From Hypanus sabinus (Eukaryota), in the NCBI RefSeq assembly GCF_030144855.1, contig NC_082731.1:28644001-28708000 (forward strand): DNA of 64,000 nt, read 5' to 3'. Within the stretch, counting starts at the first letter, position 1. Every line of letters starts with the position of its first letter. Both the position numbers and the translations under genes were made by a program. Below, one piece after another: positions 26,340-39,357 of this stretch. Under the pieces are notes generated by a model, which saw nothing but the letters and a program-made list of their open reading frames with translations, had not been told where the DNA came from and did not search any database.

Positions 26340-29300
26340 AGTCTCAGAAAGGTACAGCACAGAAACAGGCCCTTTGGCCCATCTGGTCTGTGCCGAGCCA
26401 TTTAAACTGCCAAGTTCAATTGACTTGCACCCAAACCATTGCCCTCCATACCCCTCCCATCCACGTAACCATCCAAACTTCTCTTAAACATTGAAATCGA
26501 ACTTGCAAGCACCACTTGCTCTGGCAGATCATTCCACACTCTCTCAAATCTCTGAGTGAAGAATTTTCCCCTCAGGATTCCCTTAAACATTTCACCTTTA
26601 ACCCATGATCTCAAGTTCTCGTCCCACCCAACCTGAGTGGAAAAAGCCTGCTTGCATTTATCCTATCTATACTCCTGATAATTTTGCATACCACCATCAA
26701 ATCTCCCCTCAGTCTTCTAAGTTCCAAGGAATAAAGGCCTAACCTATGTAATCTTTCCTGATAACTCTGTTTCTCCTGTCCTGGTAGCATCCTTTTAAAC
26801 TTTCTCTGTACTCTTTCAAGCTTATTTACACCTTTCCTACAGGTAAGAGACCAAAACTGATAGACAGTAGACAATAGACAATAGGTGCAGAAGTAGACCA
26901 TTCGGCCCCTCGAGTCTGCACCGCCATTCTGAGATCATGGCTGATCATTTACTATCAATACCCAGTCCCTGCCTTGTCCCCATATCCCTTGATTCCCCTA
27001 TCCATCAGATATCTATCCAGCTCCTTCTTGAAAGCATCCAGAGAATTGGCCTCCACCATCTTCCGAGGCAGTGCATTCCACACCTCCACAACTCTCTGGG
27101 AGAAGAAGCTCTTCCTCAACTCTGTTTTAAATAACTGACCTCTTATTCTCAATCCATGCCCTCTGGTACTGGACTCTCCCAACATCTGGAACATATTTCC
27201 TGCCTCAATCCTATCAAATCCTTTAATTATCTTAAACATTTCAATCAGATCCTCTCTCAATCTCCTTAATTCCAGCGTGTACAAGCCCAATCTCTCCAAT
27301 CTCTCTGCGTAAGACAGCCCTGCCATCCCAGGAATCAACCTAGTGAATCTACGCTGCACTTCCTCAATTGCCAGAATGTCCTTCCTTAAACCTGGAGACC
27401 AAAACTGTACACAATATTCCAGGTGTGGTCTCACCAGGGCCCTGTACAGATGCAAAAGAACATCCTTGCTCTTGTATTCAATTCCCCTTGTAACAAAGGC
27501 CAACATTCCATTTGCCCTCTTCACTGCCTGTTGCACTTGCTCATTCACCTTCATTGACTGGTGAACTAGGACTCCTAGGTCTCTTTGCATTTCTCCCTTA
27601 CCTAACTCGACACCGTTCAGACAATACTCTGCCCTCTTGTTCCAGCTTCCAAAGTGGATAACTTCACATTTATTCACATTGAATGACATCTGCCAAGTAT
27701 CTGCCCACTCACTCAGCCTATCCAAGTCTCCCTGTATTCTCCTAACATCCTCTTCGCATGTCACACTGCCACCCAGTTTAGTATCGTCAGCAAACTTGCT
27801 GATATAGTTTTCAATGCCCTCATCTAAATCATTGATATAAATCGTAAAGAGCTGTGGTCCCAATACAGAACCCTGTGGTACCCCACTAGTCACCTCCAGC
27901 CAGTCTGAGGAACACCCATTCACTGCTGCCCTTTGCTTTCTATCTGCCAACCAGTTTTCTATCCATGTTGAAACCCTGCCCCCAATGCCATGAGCTCTGA
28001 TTTTACTCACCAATCTCCTATGTGGCTATGTGGCACCTTATCGAATACCTTCTGAAAATCTAGGTACACAACATCTACTGGCTTACCCTCGTCTAACATC
28101 CTTGTTACATCCTTGATCAGGTAGAGATTTTTATTCTTCACGTATATGAAGGATGTAATTAATAAAGTTAAGTAAATTCAATTCAAATCAAATTCGGTCT
28201 CACAAATGTCTTATACAACTTGAACATAATATCCCATCTACTGTACTCAGTACTTTGATTTGTGAAGGCCACTATGCCAAAATATTTCATTATGATCCTA
28301 TCTACCTGTGCCTCCATTTTCAAAAAATTATGGACCTGTATTCCCACATCCCTTTGTTTTATTGCACTCCTCAGTGTCTTATCATGCACTGTGTAAGACC
28401 TACCTTAGCTGGTCCTACCAAAGTGCAACACCTCACACTTGTCTGCATTAAATTCCTTCAGCCATTTTTCAAACTACTTTACCAAATTTTCCAGATTGAA
28501 TTACAAGCTCTGATAATCTTTCTTGCTGTCCAAAACAGCCACAAATTTGGTGTCAATTGCAAATTTGCTGATCCAGTTAACCATATTATCATCCAGATCA
28601 CTGATACAGATGACAAACAACAATGGACCCAGCACCAATCCCTCCGAGACTCCGCTCATCACAGGCCTCGAGTCAGAGAGCAAACCATCTACTATCACTC
28701 TCTGGCTTCTCCCACAAAGCCAATGTCCAATCTAATTTGCTGCCGCATTTTGAATGCCATGCAACTGAACCTTCCTGACCACCCTCCCATTTGGGATCTT
28801 GTCAAATGCCTTGCTAAGGCCCATGTAGATAACATCCACTGCTTTTCCTTCATCAACTTTCCTCGTAACTTCCTCAAGAACCTCCATAAGATTGGTTAAA
28901 CATGCCCTACGCACACAAAGCCATGCTGACTATACTTCATCTGTCCATGTTTATCCAAATACACATATATCCGGTCCCTTAGAAGACCTTCTGATTGACT
29001 TCCCGCTACAGATGTCAGGTTCACTGGCCTATAATTTCCTGGTTTACTTTTACTGCCTTTTTTAACCTATGGTACGTCAGCTATTCTCCAGTATCTCACC
29101 TGGTGCTAAAGATGTTTTAAATTTCTCTGCGAGCCACCACCCCTCCCCACAAATCTTAATTTGCTTAAAGACAGTAAACCTCCTCCTCTGTAACCTGTAA
29201 AGGGTCCATGTCCTCGCTTCTGCTTTGCCTCACTTCTGTAGACTCTCTGTCCATCTCCCAAATAAATACAGATGCAAAAAATCCATTGATGATCTCCCCA

Positions 29301-30120
29301 TCACTTCTGGCACCACACATAGATTACCATTCTGATCTTCTGGAGAACCAATTTTGTCTCTTGCAATCATTGTGCTCTTGACTTATCAGTCAAGTCCCTT
29401 GGGATTCCCCTTCACTTTGTCTGCTAGGACAACCTCGTCCTTTCTTTTAGCCGTTCTTATTTATTTCTTATGTGTTTCCTTACATTTCTTATACTCCATA
29501 AGTACCTCATTTGTCCCTACCTGCCTATACCTGCTGAGCACTTCCTTGTACTTCTTAACCAGGGCCTGAATAAAAGATCAAGTATCACACACTCTCTGTT
29601 GGGATTTCTATGTACTGATTAAGGAAACTTTCCTGAATACATTTGACAAACTCCATCCCTTTTGTAGTATGGGAGTCCAAGTTAAAATGTGAAAAGTTGA
29701 AATCACCTACTATCATAACCTTATATTTCTCGCAATAGTCTGTGATCTCCCCACAATTTATACCTTTACATCCTGCAGGATGGTTTATAATATAGCCCCA
29801 TTAACATGGCCATATCTTTCTTATTCCTCATTTCCACCTGTAAAGCCTCACAAGAGGAGTTCTCCAGTCTCTCCTGATTGAACACTGCTGTGACACTTTC
29901 ATTGATGTGTAATGCCACACCTCCACCTTCAATCCCTCCCACTCTGTTACGTCTAAAACATTCGAACCCCAGAATACTGAGCTGCCTGTCTTGCTTCTCC
30001 TACAACCAAGTCTCACCAATGGCCACCATATCATAATTTCTTGTGTTGATCTCTGCCCTGAGCTCATCTGCCTTTCCCACAATAATACTTGCTTTGAAAT
30101 ATACGCAGCTCAGAACATTA
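26340..30120 (-). mobile_element. nested CR1 LINE copies; younger copy about 26870-28120 with 352-aa open RT ORF
   Basis: ORF 26955..28013 (GVPQGSVLGP, KFADDTK) with (TAGACAA)n tail, inserted within an older degenerate CR1. Confidence 0.9.
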
Positions 30121-30125
30121 CCCAC

Positions 30126-30982
30126 TGTCACGTGACGGGTCAAAGAACCAGGAGAAATGGAAAACACATTGGAGTCTGGTATTGCTATAAACTAATAGTG
30201 TTTATTAGTAACTACGCAATACAGTACTATAAATGCAGATATATTTGAACAGATTAGCAGTGAGATGTGTTTGTGTGTGTGTGTGTGTAACTAGGAGCGA
30301 AACAAGGCTCTTTCAAAGCTAGGGGTAAATAGATAGAGTTTTACGATGATGAAGAGAGTTCAGTTCAGTTTGAGGTAGTTATTTGAGTAGCGTCGGAGAG
30401 AGAGGGGTGATGCTGTCGATTTTCCCATTGCCTTCCATGGTCTTCCGAAATCCCTGTTGTTCTCCGAAGTCCTGTAGAAGTCACTGATTGTGACTATAAT
30501 AACATGTGACCATTCTTCAGTGATGGAATTATTACCCAGACGAGGGTGGACACACAAATAATTCCCCACCGGTCACAACTTTTTACACTGCTAGAGCCAC
30601 TGATCGATTTCCCCAAATCGATCCTCCAAAAGCCCCCACCTTCCTGTGGGCGCAACAAAGCTCATTCAGTGTCCGAAACTGTGTGTCTCTGTGTCTCAGT
30701 GGACCTGGTTCTTATCGCCACATGTTGGACAGCAGCTGGTCATCAACCTGCACCACCCTCCTCTCTCTGCAAGAACTTTGCAAGCAGGCAAATGTCCTTG
30801 GAAAGGTAAACAATTTGTGGAAAAACCACAACATCAATCTTTCGAGCAATGTCTGTCTCTCTCATTGCGTTGGACACCTCCTTCTCTCTCTCTTTAACAG
30901 CTCAAACAGTGTCCAAAAGTCAGTCTCATTCCCCCGACATATTAAAGTGATAGACCACAGAAAATATGAACCCTACATAACA
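30126..30982 (-). mobile_element. probable solo LTR inserted in a CR1 remnant
   Basis: TGT...ACA termini, AATAAA on minus strand near one end, interrupts continuous CR1 sequence; no clean TSD found. Confidence 0.55.
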
Positions 30983-31571
30983 CTGACACCACACTCAACT
31001 TTTTGATTCCTGACTTTGTCTGATGTCTGAACAAACTCTGACTCCACAACCTCTCCACGATCTGTTCCTGCACTCTGGTTCTCATCTCCAGCAACTCTAG
31101 TTTAACCAGCCCCCACCCCTACCATGCAGCACAAGCAAACCTTCCCACTAGGATATTAGGCCCCCTTCAGTACAGATGCAAACCGTCTGCCATGGCAGAC
31201 AGAGAGAGGTTTAACTGCGCCTTTGCAATAGAATCGTTCCCAGCAATGGTACGTTTCATTTAGTTAGTGACACACAGGCACCAGATGAGGAGCAGCAATC
31301 TTAGTGTGGACAAGGAGCCCTCAAATAGCAATCCGACATCTTTGAAACAAATATGACGTTTGGTAAGTGGTTTCAACTCTCAACTCTTTGTCAGATGCCA
31401 TAGGTTCTAATTTCTTTGACCATTAGTTGACAGCTGATGCAGGAAGGGTTTAGACACCAGAGATATAAAGACACCGACTTCTCACTGTGTGGGTCACCCA
31501 ACGACACCTCATGTTGAAAGTTCCTTATTTCCCATTTCCAAAAATCACAACCAAGACATTTTCAAGTTATA

Positions 31572-31577
31572 TTTATT
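31572..31577 (-). terminator. polyadenylation signal for the long secreted form
   Basis: AATAAA about 295 nt after the CH6 stop, followed by a GT/T-rich tract. Confidence 0.65.
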
Positions 31578-31871
31578 GCACTTGTATCAGTACATTGACA
31601 GATACAAAGATTTAATACATTGTGCAGCCCCAGACAGGGTTGAAATCTATTCAAACATGGCAGAAGAAGGTCTGAGAATGTACACACAAACTCAGAGATT
31701 TGTGGTGAATCATGTTTGTAGTTTAATTTGGTTCTTGATCTTAATTTCATTCTTAATTATTTTGAAAGGTCCAAATTTTAATCATGTTTTAATCAGCTAA
31801 ATAATCCTCTGTGAGAATTAATAATCATAAAACTGACAAAACTAGGGTTTCATGGATTGAATCACACAGTG

Positions 31872-32257
31872 TTACACACAAGATTTGAAACTATCAGTCA
31901 GAACAAGTGAGACATTGACCAGGGTGGGTTTGCTGTGAGATTTATTGATGCTTCGGAACAGGTTGGTTGTGAGCGACTCATGACCCACCACACAGGAGAA
32001 AGTGGTGCCGCTCTTCCACTCCTCAGGAGAAACCTTCAGCTGACTGGTCATTGTGTTCCAGCCTCTTCTGGGGTCTGTGGTCACCGGCTGGTTCACAAAC
32101 CCTGTCTTCAGAAGGGTGTCATTGGCCATCCAGGCCACATAGATGTCTGCAGGAGAGAACTTGGTGACCAGGCACATCAAGGTCCCAGTCTGATCGGTGT
32201 CTACCTCATCCGATGAAGGGGGGAGGAGGTAGACATGAGGACGTGTCACAACATCAC
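31872..32257 (-). CDS. IgW: IgW CH6 exon with secretory tailpiece (...FSCVVGHESL...SHSKPTLVNVSLVLTDSFKSCV*)
   Basis: ORF 31872..32345; gttccag| acceptor; terminal C domain plus tailpiece with NVS glycosylation site and penultimate Cys. Confidence 0.95.
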
Positions 32258-32911
32258 CTGGAACAGAGAGAATCTCAGTTAGAATGAATCTTCCAATAAT
32301 TCCCTCCTTACCCGACACATTCTGGTCTTGTACCAACATGAACAATTTCTAAATCTGAGAGACTTCACTTTATCTGAAACTAAAGGCTTTTCCCTTTCTG
32401 CTCATCATTGGGATTTGTGGGGTGGAAGTCTTGAACCTGCTGCATTTTAGAGCTCCCAGCGAGGTTAGTCCATTCAGTTCAATCAATGGGAGTCGCTGAA
32501 CACAGCAACTCGACAGAAAGTGGAACTCAGCCCCTGGACTTGCATCACCCTGTGCTGTTTGTTGCATCTCCCCTGGAGCAGGGGTGGCAGTCTCAGCTGT
32601 GTACGTGTAGAGGGAGTGAGAACCTGTGGAACTCTCTCCCACAGAAAGCACTTAAAGAATTATCATGTAATATGTTCAAGAATGGGTTGTGTATACTTCT
32701 TCATGTGAATGGGTCAAAGGATATCTGGAGAAAGCAGGAACAGGAATTGAATTCGGATGATCAGCTGAGAACAGACTGAATGGTTGGGCAGATCGAGAGA
32801 CCCGGTGACCGATTCCTGTTCTCATTTTCTATGGTCTATCACCCTGCTGGATGGTGATAAATATGTCATATTGCTGAGATCAGACTCACACTGAATTCTG
32901 TCCACACGTAC

Positions 32912-33232
32912 CTGTGTCCTTCCTGATGGATTTCTTCACCGGTGTTGGCAAACTCTCATCCTCTATCACACACGAGAACTCAGCCCCATTGTTCCACTCT
33001 GCAGCAGGGACTGTCAGTCTGCAGGTGATCATGTCTTCACCTCCGTTGCTGTATGGACCCAGTGTCCTCACCCCATCTTCCCTCTTCCTTCCGTCCACCT
33101 GCCAGGTTACCCTGAATCCCTGTAAATCACTGTGAACCACCTCACACAGAATGGTTGCTGTCCTCTTTGTCCAGATCTCTTCGAAGGAAGGTTTGCTTAA
33201 AGTGACTGAGGGGTGGGTACCTGAACATTCAT
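32912..33232 (-). CDS. IgW: IgW CH5 exon (DECSGTHPSVTLSKPSFEEIWTKRTATILCEV...FSCVIED...KDT)
   Basis: ORF 32886..33272; ctcccag| acceptor, G|gtacgt donor, 321 nt. Confidence 0.93.
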
Positions 33233-33892
33233 CTGGGAGAAACATCACAATTATTATTTCCCCATTCCCCAATAGATGAGTTTCTCACTGGCAAGACCAG
33301 CATTTCTGTTCGTCTCTGGTCAATGATTTGCCAGTCCCATCAAGATGAGATGAGACCAATCTACATTGGTGAAGAAAGGAACCTTCCCTAGGGTAGACAC
33401 CCTGAGGGAATGTAAATGAACAAGATTGGCGCTTGCATTGTTTTTGCAGTTTTATGGTCACTTAAACTGTTACCAGCAACTTATTAAAACAAATACAGAA
33501 AATAACCAGTATTTCAGACTGTGTCGGTGGAACAGGAACAAAGATTCAAGTGAAAATATACTTCATATTTCAAAATGGAAGTAGCAGAAAGATTTATTTT
33601 TTGTCACAAATGCTTAAAAATACCTTTTTTCACTCAAGGTGTAACCAACATTTGCTTCTGCTTTGTCAGAATGTTGTGTGTTCAAGCCGCCCTCCAGAGG
33701 CTTCTACACATTGTCCAGGCTGACTGTTCCCACACAGGAGCAGAGGGAGAGCTGCTCTGCTGGAAATTCAGTCACAACTCAGGCACTAATCGGAGGCTGG
33801 GATTATGTTCAAAGGCAGAGGGAGGGTGCATTTTGTAGACAAGTATTGTGGATCTCCAGAGTGCCTGTCCAGTGAAATGATCCAGATTCCCC

Positions 33893-33942
33893 TCAGGTTA
33901 TGGAAGTATTTTCTGGGATGCACTTATTTCTATGGTGAAAGC
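33893..33942 (-). CDS. candidate interspersed secretory exon after CH4 (GFHHRNKCIPENTSIT*)
   Basis: Pyrimidine-rich acceptor ...aatccag|GC, phase-1 frame gives short Cys-containing tail, AATAAA at 33593-33598. Confidence 0.4.
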
Positions 33943-34752
33943 CTGGATTATGTTGGTTGAAAGCAGAAACAAACAGATGATTGGCCATTTTTCAGTGTCA
34001 TTTGAGATTAAAAAGATTAAGGCGTTGAGGGTGAATGTGAATTAGGAATTCGGCTCACTACTCTATGAGACTTCACTCACCTCAGCACTGAACTGACTCT
34101 GCAGCTGCGGCCTGCAGCCATCGGCACTCACCTCAGCACTGAGCCTGGCTCCGTGGCCGTGGCCTGCAGCCATCGCTGAACTGGTGACGTGGCTGTGGAT
34201 TTACTTTAGGGGACTCTGCGTTTCAGGTTCTGTGGATTGTTTGTTTAAAGTTTATTGTTTGCACAATTTGAATTTTAGAATTATAGAGTTACACTGCATG
34301 GAAACAGATCCTTTGGTCCAAGGAGTCCATTCTGACCAAGATTCCCCATCCAAACTAGTCCCATTTGCCACTGTATGACCCATAACCTTCTAAACCAGAG
34401 GTTCACAAACTGTGGTGTGCAAACCCCTTGGTTCAAGGGTGGGGTCCATGGCATAGAAAAAGGTTGGGAGCCCTTCCAATCCATGTACCTGTCCAACTGT
34501 TCTTTCACTTTCACACATTGGATGTTTGACTCTGAATTCTATTGTGTTTCTTTGTTTTGTGAGTGTCTGCAAGAAGAGAATCTCAAGGTTGTATATGGTG
34601 CACAGACTTTGATGATAAATGTACCTTGTATTTTGTACTTTATCAGTTCACTCACATAACTAAACCAGAACTACACTGTAATTTAGTGTTGACCTTGAAT
34701 TCATAGCACAATGTAAACAATTTTGATGATGTTGTGAATACCAGGACCTTAC

Positions 34753-35070
34753 CTGGGACGTTCTTCACTTGCTTCTTGATACTGCTGTTGGAGGGGGGAT
34801 GATTCACTGTACAGCTGAAGACTGATTCTGTCTTCCACTCCTGTAAACTCACGGTCAGGAAGTGTCTGGCACTGAAACTCCACCCCTGCTCCAGAGTGGT
34901 CGGTGTAGCTCTGGTGTTGGAGGTGATCACGGTGCTGCCTTTCTTCCAAATAACATTTATTTGGTCCGGGAAGAATCCAGAGACCACACACTCCAGTGTG
35001 GCCATTTTCCTTTTCTTGGTCTCTTCCTGAGGTGGAGGCAGCAGTCTGACCTTGGGACTTTTTACCTCGA
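34753..35070 (-). CDS. IgW: IgW CH4 exon (VEVKSPKVRLLPP...LECVVSGFFPDQI..W...FSCTVNHPPS...NVP)
   Basis: ORF 34652..35107; attccag| acceptor, G|gtaagg donor, 318 nt. Confidence 0.93.
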
Positions 35071-35158
35071 CTGGAATAGACAAGAAAACAAAGGAAATGT
35101 CAAACATTTTGACTCAGGTACCTAATGCTGGCCATTTAATCACTTGTCTCTTACCCAC

Positions 35159-35461
35159 CTTTTGTACTATTGGTCCGTGCTGACACTCGGGAAGATGAAG
35201 GAGATTCCTGAGCAGAGCACTCGTACTCCACCCCACTGAACCACTCCTCCACACTGATCTGGAGTTCACTGAGCACTCTGTATCGGGACCCCTCCCTCTC
35301 CGCTTGATGGCTGTGAACTCCTTTAGTTTCCTCCTTCCCGCCCACGTGCCAAGAGATGTGGATATCTTCAGGATCTGTACAGAGAACCATGCACTTCACA
35401 GTAGCAGTCTTGTCGATCCACATCTCTTCAATGTCGGGATTTTGAATAAAGACTGAAAATT
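35159..35461 (-). CDS. IgW: IgW CH3 exon (EFSVFIQNPDIEEMWIDKTATVKC...YECSAQ...NSTK)
   Basis: ORF 35151..35423; ccacag| acceptor, G|gtgggt donor, 303 nt. Confidence 0.93.
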
Positions 35462-37419
35462 CTGTGGATTAGAAATGGAAATGCACAGAATCTTACTGGA
35501 GATATTTCTATTGGGCGTGTTAGGTCAAGACAGATCATCAGTACAGGACAGATGCATTTACTGCAAAAAGAATAACAGAAACACCCAGGACTGAATCATT
35601 TCTCTCATATTCCTCCAAGTTTTGATTCAGAAAAGAAAATCAGAACAAAGGATGTGCTAATTACGTTTAGAATCCCTTTCTAATAACTGTACCAATTGGT
35701 TCACTGTGAGACAGAGAAGCATGCAGATTTCTCAGCAGAGACACAGCTCAGTATATTCTTTGTTTGGAGACTCAGTGCCATTGATCAGTAACAATGAACA
35801 CTGTGTATCAATGAGAATCCCTTTCTCCATCTGGGCTGAGCCTGGGATTCACTCAGTTTAATAACTTCACATCCCGACATTTCAGTCTTACTGTGACTGT
35901 TCCTCTCCCCATCTCTGCAACCTTCACCGCCAACACAAACTTCAGAAATCATTGTATTCTTTCAACTCTGCTCAATCATACATGGGCACTACTTTTGCTG
36001 GTGCCTGTGATTTTAGCATTTGTGCTTACAAACACGGAAGCCTCTGTCCCTCTAGAAATGAACAGCCATGGTCAGAGTGTGTCGTTAAGTTGCTGGGCTG
36101 ATGAACTGGCAAAATGGGTTCAAATCCCAACCTGGTGGATGGGAGTTTAAATTCAATTCATCAATACTTTTTGGAATAGAAAGACGTCTATGGAGGTATT
36201 TGTAGTGTCATTCCCTGTGATAACTTCCAGAGAGAAGTCCCATCTGATCCGGCTAGTCAGTGACTCCAGACCTGCAGCAACACAGCTGAACCTGAATCAC
36301 CATCAGGAATGAGGCAGCAAGTCCCTCAGTTCCAGAGCGATCAGTGATTGATAGGAAATGATAAATGAATAAAACAGCTCTTTGATCAAGTGTTTGGTCA
36401 CCTGTCCTCTGGGTTAGTGTCGGTTTTGTGTGAAGTTGTTGAGGCCGTCTCCCTATGCACGATCATCAGTTCACAGATATTCCAGCTCTCTGCACTTTGT
36501 GTACACCATTTACACACTCGGTCACCTTCGATAACGTGGGGTGTCTTTGCTCTTCGACATTTAGTGTGGAGGCTGATTGTGTTTGTGTCACGGTTGAGAC
36601 CTTCAGTGAGACTGTGAGTCAGTGTCTTTGTCTGAAGAAAGAGCAGATGTAACACACACTGTCCAGTCTGACTGGGACGGATCATCTGACAAAGTATGAT
36701 ATGTATTTCTTAACCTTTCCCATTTCATTAAGATTATGCGCAATTTTCCTTTAAAACAGGAAGTCCATGCGTGCAGTCTAGATGATCATTGTTGTCGTGT
36801 AATATCACATATTTGCAAACCTCGGTGTACACTGAAGGGTCACGGTATTGTGAATCCTAGTTTAACGAGCACTGTGATGTTATTAAACATGTTTTCTGCA
36901 GGTTTCTCAATTAGGTCCCATATCAGACTGGTCTTGATGTTCAGCAGTCCCTGGGAAATGCGATCCCCTCATAAAATCTGACCGAGTCAAGATCGCTCCC
37001 CTTATTGCTGAATGCTGGTGTTATTCCACAAGAAGCATATAATCCTGTCAATGTTTGGGTAATTCTATCAAAACATTCTCTTTTGGACACTTCTTGGGAT
37101 CACTGAGGTTCCCTCTTGAACTGAATTCAGTGTCCTGCACATGGATCAATGTAATTTTGCAATTGGACAGGAGACTGGTTAGACCCCTGTGTCTTGCCTC
37201 ACCAATTTGTCTTGTGCCCAACATTATCAAAGGGTCATCCGTCCTTTGACTGAGTCAATTTGCAGTTTCAGCCCCATTCACCTTCATCACCTCGTGCCTC
37301 ACAGCCTCTGGGTGAAAAACTGGTTCCAGTTCTTGCTGACTGGAGTCAGACAGGAGGGAATCTGGCCAAGGAAACTGGAATTGGGATCGGAGTCACACTG
37401 AAGCAACAATGTACACAAA

Positions 37420-38085
37420 TGAATGAGTGTATGGACAACCAGAAACACAAGAGATTCTACAGATGCTGGAAATCTTGAGCAACACACACAAAATGCAGGT
37501 TCACACAAAATGTGAACACGGGAAATTAGGCAGCATCTATGGAGGGAAATAAACAGTCGATCTTTCGGGCCGAACGGCTTCACCGGTACTGGAAAGGAAG
37601 TGGGTAGAAGCCAGAATAAGAGGTGAGTAGAGTGGAGAGGAATACATTCTGTCAGATGAGAGGTGAGACCAGGTGAGGGGGAAAGGGTGTGGATGGGGAG
37701 GGGATATGAAGTAAGAAGCTGGTGGGGGATAAGTGGAAGAGATAAATGGCTGAAGCAGAAGCAGAAAGAATCTGACAGGACAGTGCACCATGGAGAGAAG
37801 TGTTCAAGTGGAGGGGAACCAACTGTAGATGATAGGCAGATGAGGAGAAGTGATAGAATGAGGCAGTATTTAATATGGCAATTAGAAAAAAAAGGGAATA
37901 AAGAACCGGGGTAGATTACTGGAGGTTGCATAAATTAGAACTCAAGCTATCAGACTGGCAGATATCTGGATGGAATATGAGGTGTTGCTACTCCAACCTG
38001 ACTTTGGCCTCACCAGGGCAGTAGAGGAGACCATGGACAGACATGTCAGAATGGGAATGGGAAGTCAAATTTAAAAAGGTGGCCA
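37420..38085. mobile_element. degenerate SINE/LINE-derived repeat in CH2-CH3 intron
   Basis: cagatgctggaaatc...gcagcatct...cgggccgaac motif shared with 11230-11390 repeat. Confidence 0.5.
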
Positions 38086-39057
38086 CAAGGATAATAGAAA
38101 GTCAAATAGAAATATGATTGGAGAGGTAGTCCGTTTGAATCATGTGTTTTCATCTCTTGCTGTTAAATTTCCATCCCAATGGATACCAGGGGCAGGTCTG
38201 GAACCCAGTAGGTGGATTGTAATGAAATCAATGATGAATTGTATACGCAGCCAATCACTTTATTTCACACTTTCCTGCTGAACAATGATACTGTTGGGTT
38301 GAACCATCGGAGAATTGTGATTACTCTGGTAAAAGAACTTTGGCACAGGCTTCAAAAAACAGCTGGGACAGTTTCCACCTGGAAATGGAAGATTCATAGA
38401 TTTAAATGTTAGATATTTTCAGCTCTTTTCCCATGCTTGGAAAAAGGGAGCCCCACATATTCCCACTCTCTATCCTCTGTGTATCGCATCCTATTGGGAT
38501 GAGGTTGTGTCAGCCATGATAAATGCATGTGCTCTCTGAACCTGGTCAAGGATCTGAGGACACAAGGTCACAACATTCACTCGAGGATTGGGCATCAATT
38601 CAAAAATAATCCAGGCACCTACATTTCAGTGAGTGGACAATTGACAGAAGAGCCTCTCAGGAAACACTGAAACCAAAGTCTGGGGACTGAAGCAAATACA
38701 AAATTGCAGAGATAATTTTTGAGGAACTTACACCAATAAGACAGTGAAAAGGGGAAAGGGAGATTTTCTCCAGATGATAAAGCATGAGATGTGAGCTTTG
38801 CTCACTAACTTATTTTCATTATAACTACAAACAGAGACAACTAAAACTACTGAGACACAATCGACAGGTGACCCTAATCTTACACCTTTCCTGCCCAGTA
38901 GATGGGGTTAAAGCTGCTGGTGATGTGAGTTGATTCAAAGTGCAAAGATCATCTGTACATCACTCAACAAGTGACAGTAGGGACAGGAATTGTGTGGGAG
39001 TATCAGTTAAGTAGTTTAGTGCTGTAAGTTATTAATTTTTCTTCAGACATCACTCAC

Positions 39058-39357
39058 CCTCTTGATACGTCATGTTGACCTGACCACTGAAACCGGAAGG
39101 TGTGTGATTCACTTCACAAGTATATTTCTGTTCCTTGGTCCATTCCTGCACAGGCACTGTCAGGTAAGCGATTGTTTCAAATCCACCATCAGATCTCCGA
39201 GTGGAAGGGAGAACGATGCCTTCTTGGGCAGATCCAGCTTTTTTCCAGGATACCTGAACGTTGTCGGGAGAGAATCCAGATATCACACAGCCCAGGACAG
39301 CATTTGCTTGACTGTGGATCACCTCCCGGGATGGGACAAGGGAGCTGAGCTTCGGAG
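39058..39357 (-). CDS. IgW: IgW CH2 exon (PPKLSSLVPSREVIHSQANAVLGCVISGFSP...YTCEVNH...YQE)
   Basis: ORF 39050..39322; acceptor gttacag| (an in-frame alternative AG lies 18 nt upstream), donor G|gtgagt, 300 nt. Confidence 0.92.
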
